Below are positions 12,934 through 26,045 of a stretch of 64,000 bases of DNA, in pieces (position 1 is the stretch's first letter; each line of letters begins with the position of its first letter). The notes below the pieces were generated by a model, which worked only from the letters and a program-made list of their open reading frames with translations, was not told the origin of the DNA and ran no database searches. Source of the DNA: Octopus vulgaris. Taxonomy: Eukaryota. Location of the stretch: assembly GCA_951406725.2 (NCBI GenBank), contig OX597817.1, positions 42,594,001-42,658,000 of the forward strand, given 5' to 3'. A program made the position numbers and the translations under genes.

Positions 12934-13500
12934 TTGGGTTGTCTGGAAAGTTTGTGCCGATTTTTAAAGGAAAGAAAAAGGTCAATAAATACTTGCCATT
13001 ACATTTTTAATCAACCAAATATGAACCATTTTGTTGCCCAATGCATCTCCATCTTTCCTTTAACTTGAAAATACCCCCTTCCCAAAAATGAGGTGGTTTC
13101 ATAGCAAAGAATTCATCAAGGTATCTTTTTACATCATCCAAGGAATTGGAATTTTTACCATGAAAACTATTCTGCAGAGACCTGAATAAGTGGAAATCGG
13201 AAGGAGCAATATCTGGTGAATATGGAGGGTGGGGTAACACATCCCAGCCGAGCTGCAGCAATTTTTGTCTGGTTCCCAAAGCATCAAGTGCTGAAAATGA
13301 ACTTTCTTATCTTCCATTTTAAAGGGTTACAGAATCAACACAGGTTATAGGAACATAAACCTTCTTCCACGAAAAGATAGCTTAAACTATGCTCTAAATG
13401 GAGGTATAATCAAATCCTATTTTATGGACTCAACCATTTTTCTAAAATAAGTCAAAAGGTAAGCTGCTATAAATCGGCACAAACTTTCCGGACAACCCAA
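12934..13500 (-). mobile_element. Internally deleted mariner (DD34D) element
   Basis: ~30-bp TIRs ttgggttgtc(t/c)ggaaagtttgtgccgattt, TA on both sides; N-terminus MEDKKVHF fused to C-terminal WDVLPHPPYSPDIAPSDFHLF. Confidence 0.95.
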
Positions 13501-13505
13501 TAGAT

Positions 13506-13845
13506 CTGTGGCTCTGAACTAGAATCCATATGACCCCTGAGGATCCATATAAGGTTTTGAGTAGTCCATGCAAGCAAAATAGCAAATTGGGGATGCACAG
13601 TAGTATATTAAGGGTTTGTAAAAAAATTTTGATCTAGATGTATTTATTGTAAGAAACAGATAAATTTCTTTCTCTGATGTTTTACATAGTTCAACCTATA
13701 CAAGTTAATGTGTGAAAAATAAAAAAATGGAATTTTGAAAGAGGTATCTATAAAACTAACTTTTAAACATTTAATGTTATGAGGGTCCACCAGAATGAAG
13801 TGGTAATCAAAGGGGTCCATGGATAAGAAATTGTTGAGAGCCATC
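13506..13845. mobile_element. Degraded hAT-type MITE related to 46524-47170
   Basis: gtggctctgaac...ggggtccat...gttgagagccat ends and shared internal ggggtcc motifs. Confidence 0.55.
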
Positions 13846-14000
13846 CTTCAAGATGAGTGATAGTCTAGCTTCTTAATCTAACAGCTGTTGTACATAATAA
13901 AAATGTATTTGATCAAAGTTGACCTTGGGCTAAACAGCAATAATGAATCTGCAGATAAGAATCAAATCAGATATTTATTGCTTACTACATCAACATTCAA

Positions 14001-14345
14001 TGGAGGCACATGGCCTAATGGTTAGAGCAGCGGACTCACGGTTGAGGGATCGCGGGTTCAAATCTTAGACTGGATGATATGTGTGTTTATGAGCGAAACA
14101 CCTAAATTCCATGCGGCTCCGGCAGAAGGTAATGGTGAACTTCTGCTGACTCTTTCACCACAACTTTCTCTCACTCTTTCCTCCTGCATCTTGCAACTCA
14201 ACTACGACAGGCCGGCGACCTGTCTAGGTGGAGAACCTATACACCAAGGAAACCGGGAAACCGGCCCTATGAGCCAGGCATGGCTCGTAAAGGAACAAAC
14301 ATATAACAAACAAAACATCAACATGCTACCACTTACACCACAGAA
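14001..14345 (+). mobile_element. SINE family C (V-domain-like)
   Basis: tggcctaatggttagagc A box, gggttcaaatc B box, cgacaggccggcgacctgtctagg domain. Confidence 0.85.
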
Positions 14346-15404
14346 GGGGTTACTCTACATCCTGCATAATATTCAGTTTCCACATCCTCCCTAGATACTG
14401 AGTTTAATTTTAGATAATCCTTTTGAGTCTCAGGAGAGCTAACTACAAGTTAGTCTTCAACTTTTATACTTTCAAATATTTTCAATCAAGCTCTTCTCTC
14501 CTAGTTCCAAACCTTTCCCGCAGCTATTTGCTAGTCATCTAAATACAATTTTTCCATAAGCACTAGGTCCTGAATTCTTATCTAGGTAAGACCTTTAAAG
14601 CCTACCCATAAAGCCCACCCATGAAATTATTTACGAATATGCCCCAACCTCTGGACCTCAGATAAGCTCCCCACTTCATATTTTCTACTGCTACTATAGT
14701 GGCCTCTGTTCATCAGAAGTGGCCAATCCCTGCATCCTGGTCCTCTTGATACATTCATCCCCTCTTCCTGGATCACCTATATTGTGTCCATACACTCTAC
14801 CAGGCTTCTGAGGGTGTGATTTGAGAGAATTTGGCTGCTTTTCCTAGCTGGGCTAACGATCATATAGAGGCTTGCTTGTAATGTTAAAGAATAGCAAATA
14901 ACTCATGTGTTGTTCTTTCAAATTGATCTTCCCAATATCTTTGTTAGAAGCTTTACTGGATCAACTAATTTGAAACGAAGCTATTTATTGTTCTTATGCA
15001 ATTCTTATTGAATATTTCTCTCTAAGCATATATTATCTACATGACTGGCTCTTTTCTTTTAAAAATAGAATTTTTATCTTATCTTAACTTCAGTTCAACC
15101 ACTAAGACGTTGTTTATAGTTGTGTAACATCATGTTAGCTTTTAGCTATCAGACCTATGGTGAAAGATGCTCCAATCATTTGGATGTTTGGTACTACATT
15201 TTTCCAATATATCCTTCTTTATTGAAGATGGTGGGATGTCATGAGAAAATAGTGAGATGTCATGGGTTCCATTGCTTACAGAAGCGAACAACTAGGAGGC
15301 TTCCTCCTTAATTCTCATACAATGAGGTTCACTTTCTCTTTTGTATTATCTACATGCATTAGTCAGAAGCCCCTTTTAATTACTTTCAGCACCAGTAATA
15401 TACT

Positions 15405-15615
15405 GGTTTCAAATTTTGGCCCAAGGCCAGCAATTTTAGGGAAGGGGTAAGTCAATTAAATCGACCCTGGTGTTCAACTAGGAATCTTTTTTATCGACCA
15501 TGAAAAGATGAAGAGCAAAAATGCCCTCAGCGGAATTTGAACTCAGGACATAAAGACAGACGAAATACTGCTAAGAACTTTTCCCCGAGTGCTAACGGTT
15601 CTGCCATATGTCCGC
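15405..15615 (-). mobile_element. SINE family B, diverged
   Basis: cggaatttgaactcag motif and Nin-like segment. Confidence 0.75.
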
Positions 15616-17179
15616 TTTATACCAGTAATATAGAGTAGTTGATCGGATGAAGTATGTCATCACTCTTTATTAAAAAAAAAAAAATGTAGGTTTGCCGATG
15701 AAAGAAAGTCTTGGCATGATTTAAAGACGATACGCCTCACCAAAGTCGTTAGTGTTAAAAGGTAAGCAATTTAGTACTGTATTACCGGAGTAACCTCCCT
15801 TGAAAGTTTCATATTATATACCATTTTAAGACGACACGTGAATTAAATTGTTCTGATGCTTCCGAAACGAATCTTCAGTATATTCTCCAACGTCAAGAAA
15901 AAAAAAATATGAAGATGGATATTGTTGTAAGATACAGAAAGATATTTATTTAATGCTGTCTGAGAAAGAAACATTTCACAGTCAGTGCTTAAGAAGTTTT
16001 CATCAAAGATTTAAGAAAACCGAAAAAAATATCTGATTTTCGATTTCCACTGATAAGTGAGAATGTCTCAGTTATCAGAGAAAAATCAATATTCCACTAA
16101 CAATGATATTCACAAAATCCATTCTGTCTTTCTTACACGTTTCACTTCTTATCTTAATCCTCTTGTGACACATTTAAAACCTTCTTTATTCACCTTATAA
16201 CATTAAAATATCCTACAAGTTCTATCGGAAGCTTCTCAAAGAAATCTGAATTAAACATAAAAATATTCTTTTTTGTTGGATATGTAGTATCATATTTATT
16301 TTAATGTTATTATTTTTTTATTATTTTTTTATTATTTTTTTAATGAAATTCATTAAAAGGTCACTATACATTTTCATTTGTTACATTAATATATCTAATT
16401 ACGTTTTCACAATAACTATATTTATATTTTCCATACATTTAATAAAATTTTCTTTAATACAGCTTTATAGATTTCATTTAATATTGTGTTTCTTTCAAAG
16501 CTGAAAAGGTTTCTTTTCCCAGGATTCTGGAATCATCATTGAAGCTTCTGACTTCAAGGGGTCTCAGCCCATTCTGCTACAAGTTATTGGCTGTGTTTAG
16601 AAATTACAGGATCAAGAAATAAATAGATGGAACTGGTTCAATCAAAAATAAAACTGTTATTGACACAGTTTGTTGGTGGTTTATACCAAGCTACATCACT
16701 TTATACAAAGCATTAAAGGAGCCAAAAGGGGACAGTATATGTGATTGGTCAACTTGTAAGAAATAGTAGCCAAATTTCCCTCAAATTATACATTAGCAAA
16801 TTAGAGGAAGATAGTCACTTTAGATAATATAGACTGGGATATACTGTCTTAATGAGGGATTGGATGATCATAACTGGAATTAAAGATTTGGAGCTGAATG
16901 ATAGCAAAAGTATTTGAAAATACCATTACCAACCACATGGTCCCAGGTGGCACCTTGAGCAAGTGTCTTCTACTATAACCACAGGCCAACCAAAGCCTTG
17001 TGAGTGTTTGTGTACCCCCACTACAATTGCTTGACAACCAATGTTGGTATGTTTACATCCCTGTAACTTAGCAGTTTGGTAAATACAACAAATAAACAGC
17101 AGGGCTAAACATAGCAGTTAACTAATAATAAATATAATAGGTAATAAAAAAATATAAACAATTTACCTGAATTATTCAT

Positions 17180-17540
17180 TTATTCTTTTATTGGTTTCAG
17201 TCATTTTACTGCAGCCATGCTGGAGCACCGCCTTTAATCAAACAAATTGACCCCAGGACTTAGTTTTTGTAAGCCTAGTACTTATTCTATCAGTCACTTT
17301 TGCCGAACCGCTAAGTTACAGGGACATAAACACACCAATATCGGTTATCAAGCGATGGATGGTGGGAACAAAAATATACACACAAATACATTATGTATAT
17401 ATGTCTACCAAATCCACTCACAAGGCTTTGGTCGGCCTGAGGTTATAGAAGAAGACAATTGCCCAAGGTGCCATGCAGTGGGACTGAACCTGCTACTTAC
17501 CACACCAAGCTACTTACCACACAGCCACTCCTGTGCCTAT
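17180..17540 (-). mobile_element. SINE family A
   Basis: Similarity to other copies. Confidence 0.85.
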
Positions 17541-17711
17541 GAAAAGAATTTTGAATCAAAGCCTATTACAAACCATTGTCTTATTACCTTCTTACTTGCT
17601 GATCTACATATCTATCTATTTACCAATCTAACCACCTTTTTATGGATGGTTACCTATCTGTCTATTCCCCCTTCTCTCTCCTCTCTCTCTCTCTATCTCT
17701 ATCTATCTCTC

Positions 17712-17749
<38 letters not shown>

Positions 17750-17988
17750 TATTGAGGGTAAAAATTATTATTGAAAAATAACAATTTATACCAGTGGCCA
17801 ACATGCATAAAAAAAAGTCCAAGGACTGCAAATTATATTCAAATATAAGAGGAAAACCACCAAGTGGTTTCCTTACGTGCTGAAAGTAGATACCAAATCA
17901 TCTAAACACGAAAAGTGCATTCTCATTTAATGGCGTGTTCAATATACTTGTGCAAGACACTATCAAAATATATAAAAGGGCCAGTCAG

Positions 17989-18050
17989 TTCCATACTTCG
18001 AAGTTTCACCATTAATTAATTACACAATTATCCATGGATCTTCAGTGAAA
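17989..18050 (-). ncRNA. Type I hammerhead ribozyme motif in a pLTR-like element (17747-18050) abutting (TA)n
   Basis: Minus strand reads TTTCA-CTGAAGA-T-CCAT..ATGG-T-GAAA-CTTCGAAG-TA-TGGAA: intact core, 10-nt palindromic stem III ACTTCGAAGT, GUA cleavage site. Confidence 0.85.
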
Positions 18051-18535
18051 TCATTGGACACTAAACTCTGCTTGCGAAGACCTGCTGAGGCAAGTGAAAT
18101 CAAAATCAAATTCGATGACTGGCGTCTGTGCTAGTGGAACAGTATGAGCACCATCTGAGCATGATTGTTGCCAGAGCAACAAACTGGCTTCCATGCTGGT
18201 GGTATGTAAAAAGCACCATCCAAATGCGATCATTACCAGCATTGCCTTACTGGCACTTGTGCCGGTGGCATGTGACAAAACATTCGAGCAAGGTCATTGC
18301 CAATGCTGCTGGACTGGCTCCTGTACAGGTGGAATGTAAAAAACACCATTTGAGCGTGGCCATTGCCAGTACCACCTGACTACACCCACTACACTTTTGG
18401 AGTGGCTGGCGTTAGGAAAGGCATCCAGCTGTAGAAACTCTGCCATATCAGATTGGAGCCTGGTGCAGCCATCTGGTTCACCAGACCTCAGTCAAATCGT
18501 CTAACCCATGCTAGCATGGAAAGCAGATGTTAAAC

Positions 18536-18568
<33 letters not shown>

Positions 18569-18876
18569 ATATATATATATATATATATATTCGTGTTCGT
18601 TGCCAGCCTCGCCTGGCCCTCGTGCCGGTGGCACATAAAAAACACCATCCGTTCGTGGCCGTTTGCCAGCTCTGGCTGGCACCAGTGCGGGTGGCACGTA
18701 AAAAGCACCCACTACACTCACGGAGTGGTTGGCGTTAGGAAGGGCATCCAGCCGTAGAAACACTGCCAGATTTGACTGGGCCTGATGAAGCCTTCTGGCT
18801 TCACAGACCCCAGCAGAACCGTCCAACCCATGCTAGCATGGAAAACGGACGCTAAATGATGATGATGATGATGATG
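18051..18876 (+). mobile_element. Two tandem family D elements with ~65-bp internal modules
   Basis: Each ends in ccaacccatgctagcatggaaa..(GAT)n. Confidence 0.85.
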
Positions 18877-18879
18877 ATT

Positions 18880-19090
18880 CTCTTTTACTCTCTTTTACTT
18901 GTTTCAGTCATTCGACTGCGGCCATGCTGGAGCACCACCTTTAGTCGAGCAACTCAACTCCAGGACTTATTCTTTGTAAGCCCAGTACTTATTCAATCGG
19001 TCTCTTTTGCCGAACCGCTAAGTGACGGGGATGTAAACACACCAGCATCGGTTGTCAAGCAATGCTAGGGGGACAAACACAGACACACAA

Positions 19091-19121
<31 letters not shown>

Positions 19122-19293
19122 CATATATACGACAGGCTTCTTTCAGTTTCCGTCTACCAAATCCACTCACAAGGCATTGGTCGGCCCGGGGCTATAGCAG
19201 AAGACACTTGCCCAAGGTGCCACGCAGTGGGACTGAACCCAGAACCATGTGGTTGGTTAGCAAGCTACTTACCACACAGCCACTCCTGCGCCT
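18880..19293 (-). mobile_element. SINE family A, full length
   Basis: Similarity to other copies. Confidence 0.9.
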
Positions 19294-19889
19294 ATATGTA
19301 TATATATATATATATATACCTATCTGTCTGTTCATCTACTACCTACCTGCCTGCTTTATGTCTATCTATCTGTCGGTCTATCTGGCTGACTTCCTGTCTG
19401 TTTGCCTGTCTCTTTATCCATCTATCTATCTTTCTGTCTCTCTGACTATCTTTCTATCTGTCTATCTGTATCTGTCTACCTATCTTTCAACCAGTGTGTG
19501 TATATGCATGCGTGTGCGTGTGTGTGTATCTACCTATCTATTTATGTATCTGTCTATCTATTTGCCCCCTACCTGCCTTCCTACATGCCTGTCTGCCTGC
19601 CTATCTATTTACCTCCCTACCCACCTATCTAAACCTGTCTAACTATCCAAACCAACAACAAGCAGTGCAGTACATGGCTATTCAACCTGCTAGTAATAGT
19701 AACCAAATCTCTTTCATGTCACATTCACAAATCTTAAATATGGAATGTTACTTTGGGCATTTTAGTCTCTGATAAACAAGCAGATGAGATGGCTATGGCT
19801 GGGACACCTTCGATCATAGACCTGCTCAGTTAGTGTTGATCTGAGACAAAACAAACCACAATTTACCTACCTATCTGCATGTTTTTACA

Positions 19890-20122
19890 TCTTATTTCTT
19901 TATTGCCCACAAGGGGCTAAACATAGAGAGGGCAAACAAGGACAGACAAAGGAATTGAGTCGATTATATCGACTCCAGTGTGCAAATGGTACTTAATTTA
20001 TCGACCCCGAAAGGATGAAAGGCAAAGTCGACCTCAGCGGAATTTGAACTCAGAACGTAATGGCAGACGAAATACCTCTAAGCATTTTGTCCAGCTCGCT
20101 AACGTTTCTGCCAGCTCGCCAC
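19890..20122 (-). mobile_element. SINE family B
   Basis: Nin/Deu domain plus tRNA head. Confidence 0.9.
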
Positions 20123-20523
20123 TTGTTTTTACATCTACCAAATCCAACCATGTGAACCCTAAGTGTCAGTCACATTTCCCTTCTATAGTACATTGTTATA
20201 TAACTCCCCCCTCTCCCTCCCCGCCTCTCTGTCTCTCTTCTTTCTTCTCTGTGTAAAACTCAGCTTGAATACCACCACATCATCAAAAACTATTAGCATA
20301 AACAAAAGTAAAAGCTGATAAATGCATTGAATCAAGCTTGGTAGACTCAAATAAAGCCTTATGAGTGAAATTTGTCAGGGACAAACTCTTAGGATGTTGT
20401 TGGATGTGTGGGGTGGGGGTGTATCAGAGGGGCTGAACAAAAATAGGTTCGGTATAGATTTTCATAACAGTTATGTCCCTTGACACCATGATTAGTTTGT
20501 CTTTTGGGATCTCTTCAGTTTAG

Positions 20524-21078
20524 CTCACAGATTTTTAATTATTTTTTTTTTTTAACTAAACAGTTTGAAACTTTATATACTGGTGTAATTTCTCACACTG
20601 AACACGGTTTACTTTCAACATTTTTGACAAAATTTCATATCTTCGAAGTTATTTCATGTTAAAGTTGTGGTATTTGGGTAATTTTAACCAATCAGTGATG
20701 TGTATTCAGCTGAAGAAACCTACTGCTGTTTGCGATAGTAATTGAAGAGCAACAACTTCCGGGTCATCTTTACTAAATGTATTTTTCAAACACACCAAAT
20801 AATCCACGTGTAGTTGAAAAATATATTTATTAGACATGACCCAGAAGATGTTGCTCTTTGATTACTATCACAAACAGCAGTAGGTTTGTTCAGCTGAATA
20901 CATGTCATTGATTGGTTAAAATTACCCAAATACAACAACTTTAACTCGAAATAACTTCTAAAATACAAAATTTTGTCAAAAATATTGAAAGTAAACTATG
21001 TTCAGCATGAGAAATTACACCAGTATATGAAGTTTCAAACTGTTTAGTTAAAAAATAATAATTTTAAAAATCTGTGAG
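20524..21078. mobile_element. Foldback MITE with ~265-bp imperfect inverted arms
   Basis: ctcacagattttt...tttttcaa / ttgaaaaa...aaaatctgtgag with a short central spacer. Confidence 0.85.
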
Positions 21079-21409
21079 ATCCATCTTTTGTCTTTTATGA
21101 AAAACAACACAAGACAAAACACTGATTCAACATAATCAACTTAAACCTTTGAAGGTGGTGGCCCAGTGTGATTGCAGTCCAATGGCTAAAATCAGTAAAA
21201 GAAGTGAAAGGAGGAGGCAACAGCAAAAAGTGTGCTGCAGTCATAAATAGTGAAATATGAGGTTTGAGAGTGATAGGAGACTCAGAGTTACCCTGCTTTA
21301 TATGTGTGTGGGTGAAGTGGTGGGTGAAGTGGTGGGTGAAAGAGGGGGAGGTAGATGGTGAGTAAAGCCGCAAGGTAACTTTCAAGAAGGTGAACTGTAA
21401 AGATTCTTT

Positions 21410-21576
21410 GGCGTCAGAGTGGCTGTGTGGTAAGTAGCTTGCTTACGAACCACATGGTTCTGGGTTCAGACCCACTGCGTGGCACCTTGGGCAAGTGTCT
21501 TCTACTATTGCATCAGGCCAACCAAAACCTTGTGAGAGGATTTGGTAGACGGAAACTGAAAAAGAAGCCTGTTGTA

Positions 21577-21661
<85 letters not shown>

Positions 21662-21890
21662 GTGTGTATATGCTTGTGTGTCTGTGTTTGTCGCCCCAAC
21701 ATCACTTGACAACCGATGCTGGTGTGTTTACATCCCCATAACTTAGCGGTTCGGCAAAAGAGACCGATAGAATAAGTACTAGGCTTACAAAGAATAAGTC
21801 CTGGGGTTGATTTGCTCGACTAAAGGCGGTGCTCAAACATGACCGCAGTCAAATGACTGAAACAAGTAAAAGAGTAAAAGAGAGAGAGAG
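21410..21890 (+). mobile_element. SINE family A, full length
   Basis: Head, CORE, (TA)n and (AAAGAGT)n tail. Confidence 0.9.
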
Positions 21891-22349
21891 AATATAAAAG
21901 TATCAGAAAAGGAGGGTAAAGGTTGCAAGGGTGTGTGTTGAGTGGGGAGTGATGAATGGAAACAGGGATGGAAGTGATCAGAGGTAAATAGGAGAAAAAT
22001 GTAATCTACATAAGTTAGGGTGATGGATGGTAAATAAGAGTCAATGGTAAGAATGAGAGATGGGTGTCAAGAGAAAGTGGTTCAAGCAGTAGCATGGTTA
22101 GAGTGTGTGCCACTTGGGGTGGCCCTTCTGTTTGCCACCCCAGGACCCCACAAAAAACACATATTGCCTACAGCAATAGCCTACAACAGGATGAAAAGTT
22201 CCACCCCTTTAAAAGTGCCACCCCTACTCTACCACCCAGCTGCACTAGTGGTTCAAGGAAGAGTACCTAACAACTGACAGTACAGAAAGGGTAATGATTA
22301 TGCAGTAATCGGGTTTTGCTTTCATTAATTACTGTGACAGATTACAGTA

Positions 22350-22775
22350 CTCTCTTTACTCTTTACTCTTTTACTTGTTTTAGTCATTTGACTGTAGCCA
22401 TGCTCGAGCACTGCCTTTAGTCAAGCAAATCGGCCCCAGGACTTATTCTTTGTAAACTTAGTACTTATTCTATTGGTCTCTTTTGCTGAACTGCCAAGTT
22501 ACAGGGACGTAAACACACCAGCATCGGTTGTCAAGCAATTTTGGGGGGACAAACACAGACACACAAACATATACATGCACACATACATATATATATATAT
22601 ATACATATATATGATGGGATTCTTTCAGTTTCTGACTACCAAATCCACTCACAAGGCTTTGGTTGGCCCAATGCTATAGTACAAGATACTTGCCCAAGGT
22701 GCCATGCAGTGGGACTGAACCCGGGACCATATGGTTTGTAAGCAAGCTACTTACCACACAGCCACTCCTATGCCT
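22350..22775 (-). mobile_element. SINE family A
   Basis: Similarity to other copies. Confidence 0.9.
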
Positions 22776-23104
22776 GTATAGAAGAGTGATGAAGGGATGA
22801 TGGATAGAAGAGTCATGAAGGGATGATGGATAGAGATATAAGAGAGGAAGATGTAGACTTGATAGGAACATATTGGGTGAGGGATCTAGTTGAGTGCATA
22901 CATTTGTGTCTAGCCTCCATCACAACCACCATTTTTAACATCAGTTCCATCATGCTTGCACAGGTTGGTAGTTCTTTTCCAGCACAGCAAATCACCAATT
23001 GTCATGTTCTTTTGACATTCCCTCTGTGAGGTTCTCTTTTGTCATACCCTCTGTGAGGTTCATCATCCTAAGATCAGACTTCACCATTTCATCTCACATC
23101 ATCT

Positions 23105-23415
23105 TGGTGGCACATAAAAAGCATCATCCAAACATGGCCAATGCCAGTGTCCCCTAACTGGCTCTTGTACTGATGGCATGTAAAAAGCACTATTTGAACG
23201 TGATTGATGCCAGGTCTGCCTGACTGGCTCATGTACCAGTGGAACGTAAAAAGCACCCACTACACTCTCGGAGTGGTTGATGTTAGGAAGGGCAGACTGA
23301 AGCCTTGGTGCAGCCGCTGGCTCTCCAAACCTCAGTCAAACCATCCAACCTATGCCAGCATGGAAAACAGGTGTTAAACGATAATGATGACGACAATGAC
23401 AATGATGATGATGAC
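23105..23415 (+). mobile_element. SINE-like family D
   Basis: Internal modules and (GAT)n tail. Confidence 0.8.
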
Positions 23416-23519
23416 ACACCCACATACATATATACATACATATACATACATATATACATACATATACATACATGTGTGTATTCATATACATTCATACATA
23501 CATGCACACATACATACAT

Positions 23520-24047
23520 ACAATAAAAAGGAGTACTGGCGGAATGTCCCAGTGAAGACCTCAATAAAATGTAAGCCCAAAAGACCTAATATAATAATTT
23601 AGGATTGAGAAGAGAAACTGTGCACAGTTGTGGAAATAAGCTGCCCAGTGGATGTTAACATAAAACTGAAGATAAGTGAAAAAGGGAACACCTATGATGA
23701 ACTATTGAGAAATCTGCAGTTACTCTATCCAGATTATAAGTTCAGGTTTATACCTGTAATTATTGAGGCCCTGGGATATGTAACATACTACCTATATACC
23801 AATCTTGAGAAATTAGGCTTCTCAAAACTAGAAAGGTGAAAGCTAATTTGAAGACTACAGATCCAATCCATCACTGGAACTGTAAAAATCTGTAAAACTT
23901 TCCAGAAGTTTTGCATCTAAATGTATATGAGCATATCTAGACATGCAACTATATGCATGAGAATATATACATAAAGCAAAAGAATACAAATCTGCACACA
24001 TACATACATGCATACATGCATACATACATACATGCATGCATACATAC

Positions 24048-24078
<31 letters not shown>

Positions 24079-24220
24079 CATACATACATACATACATACA
24101 TACATACAAAAATACCCTATTGTTGATGTTGTAATTTCAATGAAGGATCCTTGAATCTAGGTTAGAAACTAGCTCTTTCTCTATCGGTAAGAAATCTTGA
24201 AATAAAACTGAACAATGACA
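23520..24220 (+). mobile_element. 5'-truncated R4/Dong-clade non-LTR retrotransposon (restriction-like endonuclease C-terminus plus 3' UTR) in (CATA)n
   Basis: WRNVPVKT..KRPNIII*D*EEKLCTVVEISCPVDVNI..EK..YDEL..FIPVIIEALGYV matches the R4 RLE pattern; flanked by (TACA)n. Confidence 0.85.
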
Positions 24221-24324
24221 TATACACACATACACACACACACATACATACATACATACATAAATGCATGCATGCATGCATACATGCATACATACATACA
24301 TACATACATACATACATACATACA

Positions 24325-24355
<31 letters not shown>

Positions 24356-24461
24356 GAATGTATGTATGTCGCTTCTATTTTATAATAACTAAAACAATAG
24401 AAAGGACATACTTACATATACACTTGTGTTTTAGTAACTATATTGTGTATATGACTATATA

Positions 24462-24547
<86 letters not shown>

Positions 24548-24777
24548 CATATACAAATGAATGATCATATTTATTTGAAAAACAAGACCAGACCTGTAAG
24601 AAGTGACATCATGTTATTAATTAATTGTTTGTCTTAATAATTAATTGTTTATATGAATGTCATTCAGTGCAACATACATAACAATAAGTTATCTCCTCCA
24701 CCTCTGAAAAGAACCTCCTTTCTTTTCATCCCGGCAGTTTTAACTCTCTACATCCATTCCTTCATTTTTGCTGTCTT

Positions 24778-25165
24778 CTTTACTCTTTTACTTGTTTCAG
24801 TCATATGACTGTGGCCATGCTGGAGCACCGCCTTTAGTCGAACAAATCAAACCCCAGCACTTATTCTTTGTAAGCCTAGAACTTATTATATCGGTCCCTT
24901 TTGCCGAACTGCTAAGTTACAGGGATGTAAACACACCAGCATCGGTTGCCAAGCGATGTTGGGGGAACAAACACACACACACACACACATATATATATAC
25001 ATATATACAATGGGCTTCTTTCAGTTTCTGTCTACCAAATCCACTCACAAGGCTTTGGTCGGCCCGAGGCTATAGTCGAAGACACTTACCCAAGGTGCCA
25101 CACAGTGAGACTGAACCCGGAACCATGCGGTTCATAAGCAAGCTACTTACCACACAGCCACTCCT
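24778..25165 (-). mobile_element. SINE family A
   Basis: Similarity to other copies. Confidence 0.9.
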
Positions 25166-25319
25166 ACTCCTATTCATATTCATATTTTTATTTGTTTGCT
25201 TATGTATTTATTTATGTACATATGCATATCAAAGAAGCTTGAGAGGCGGTTGGATGGAACCTACACTCGCCTCCTTATGAGAGCTCAAAATCTCTTGTGG
25301 AAGAGTCATCCAACCAAAA

Positions 25320-25585
25320 TGCAAATATATGGGGAAACTACCACCTGTGTCATCTCTTGTGAAAGGTAGGAGAGTCCAGTTTGCTGGACATTGTTGTAGA
25401 GCTGAAAAAGAGGTAATTTCTACTCTTCTCCTCTGGAAGCCATCTGCTCACATTACCAGATGTAATCTCCAGGGATACAGGCATCCAGCAACAGGACCTC
25501 CATAATGCCATGATGGACCGTGAAGTCTGGCGTAGCATGGTAAATTCCATTGTCTCAACAACGGTCAAACAATGATGATGATGAT
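25320..25585 (+). mobile_element. 3' end of an RTE/RTEX-like LINE
   Basis: QFAGHCCRAEKEVISTLLLWKP-like translation, AMMDREVW, (GAT)n tail; second fragment at 55352-55427(-). Confidence 0.7.
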
Positions 25586-25609
25586 GCATATGAAGAAAGT
25601 GTTTCATGC

Positions 25610-25661
<52 letters not shown>

Positions 25662-25709
25662 AGTGAATTGAAGAAATGGAGTTGAACGAAGATTGAACAG
25701 AAATCGTTT

Positions 25710-25802
25710 TATTTCATTCTACACGTGTTTCGAAAGGCACAATTTACCAAATTCCGATTGAATAATGAGACCATATTGTGTCTTTCTCTTCAGGAAGAAA
25801 TA
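25710..25802 (-). ncRNA. Type I hammerhead ribozyme, mirror copy
   Basis: Exact reverse complement of 25953-26045. Confidence 0.92.
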
Positions 25803-25952
25803 GGAAATCCGTTGGAAAAAACAAAAACAGAACAGAGGCGGAGCAAAACAAATCGAACGAGGCTCCTAAGTTTGGCCATGGGCTCTTAGGAGCCTCGTTC
25901 GATTTGTTTTGCTCCGCCTCTGTTCTGTTTTTGTTTTTTCCAACGGATTTCC

Positions 25953-26045
25953 TATTTCTTCCTGAAGAGAAAGACACAATATGGTCTCATTATTCAATCG
26001 GAATTTGGTAAATTGTGCCTTTCGAAACACGTGTAGAATGAAATA
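25953..26045 (+). ncRNA. Type I hammerhead ribozyme, intact
   Basis: TATTTCTTC-CTGAAGA-GAAAGACACAAT..ATTGTGCCTTTC-GAAA-CACGTG-TA-GAATGAAATA: long stem I with one bulge, 12-bp stem II with one mismatch, palindromic stem III ACACGTGT, cleavage after 26035. Confidence 0.92.

Noticed and set aside
14001-14070. tRNA-like sequences at SINE heads
   Set aside because: A/B boxes run straight into SINE bodies with no complete cloverleaf, so they are not tRNA genes.
14673-14718. Minus-strand CTT-CTGATGA...GAAAATATG-AAG
   Set aside because: No convincing stem II and G at the cleavage position; probably chance.
18110-18400. CRISPR-like repeat-spacer appearance
   Set aside because: Eukaryotic context, the spacers are homologous to each other, the array lies inside a retroposon and there are no cas genes.
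25744-26011. Near-identical 77-aa ORFs on opposite strands (also 37848-38049)
   Set aside because: A by-product of the palindromes, with no sign of protein coding.
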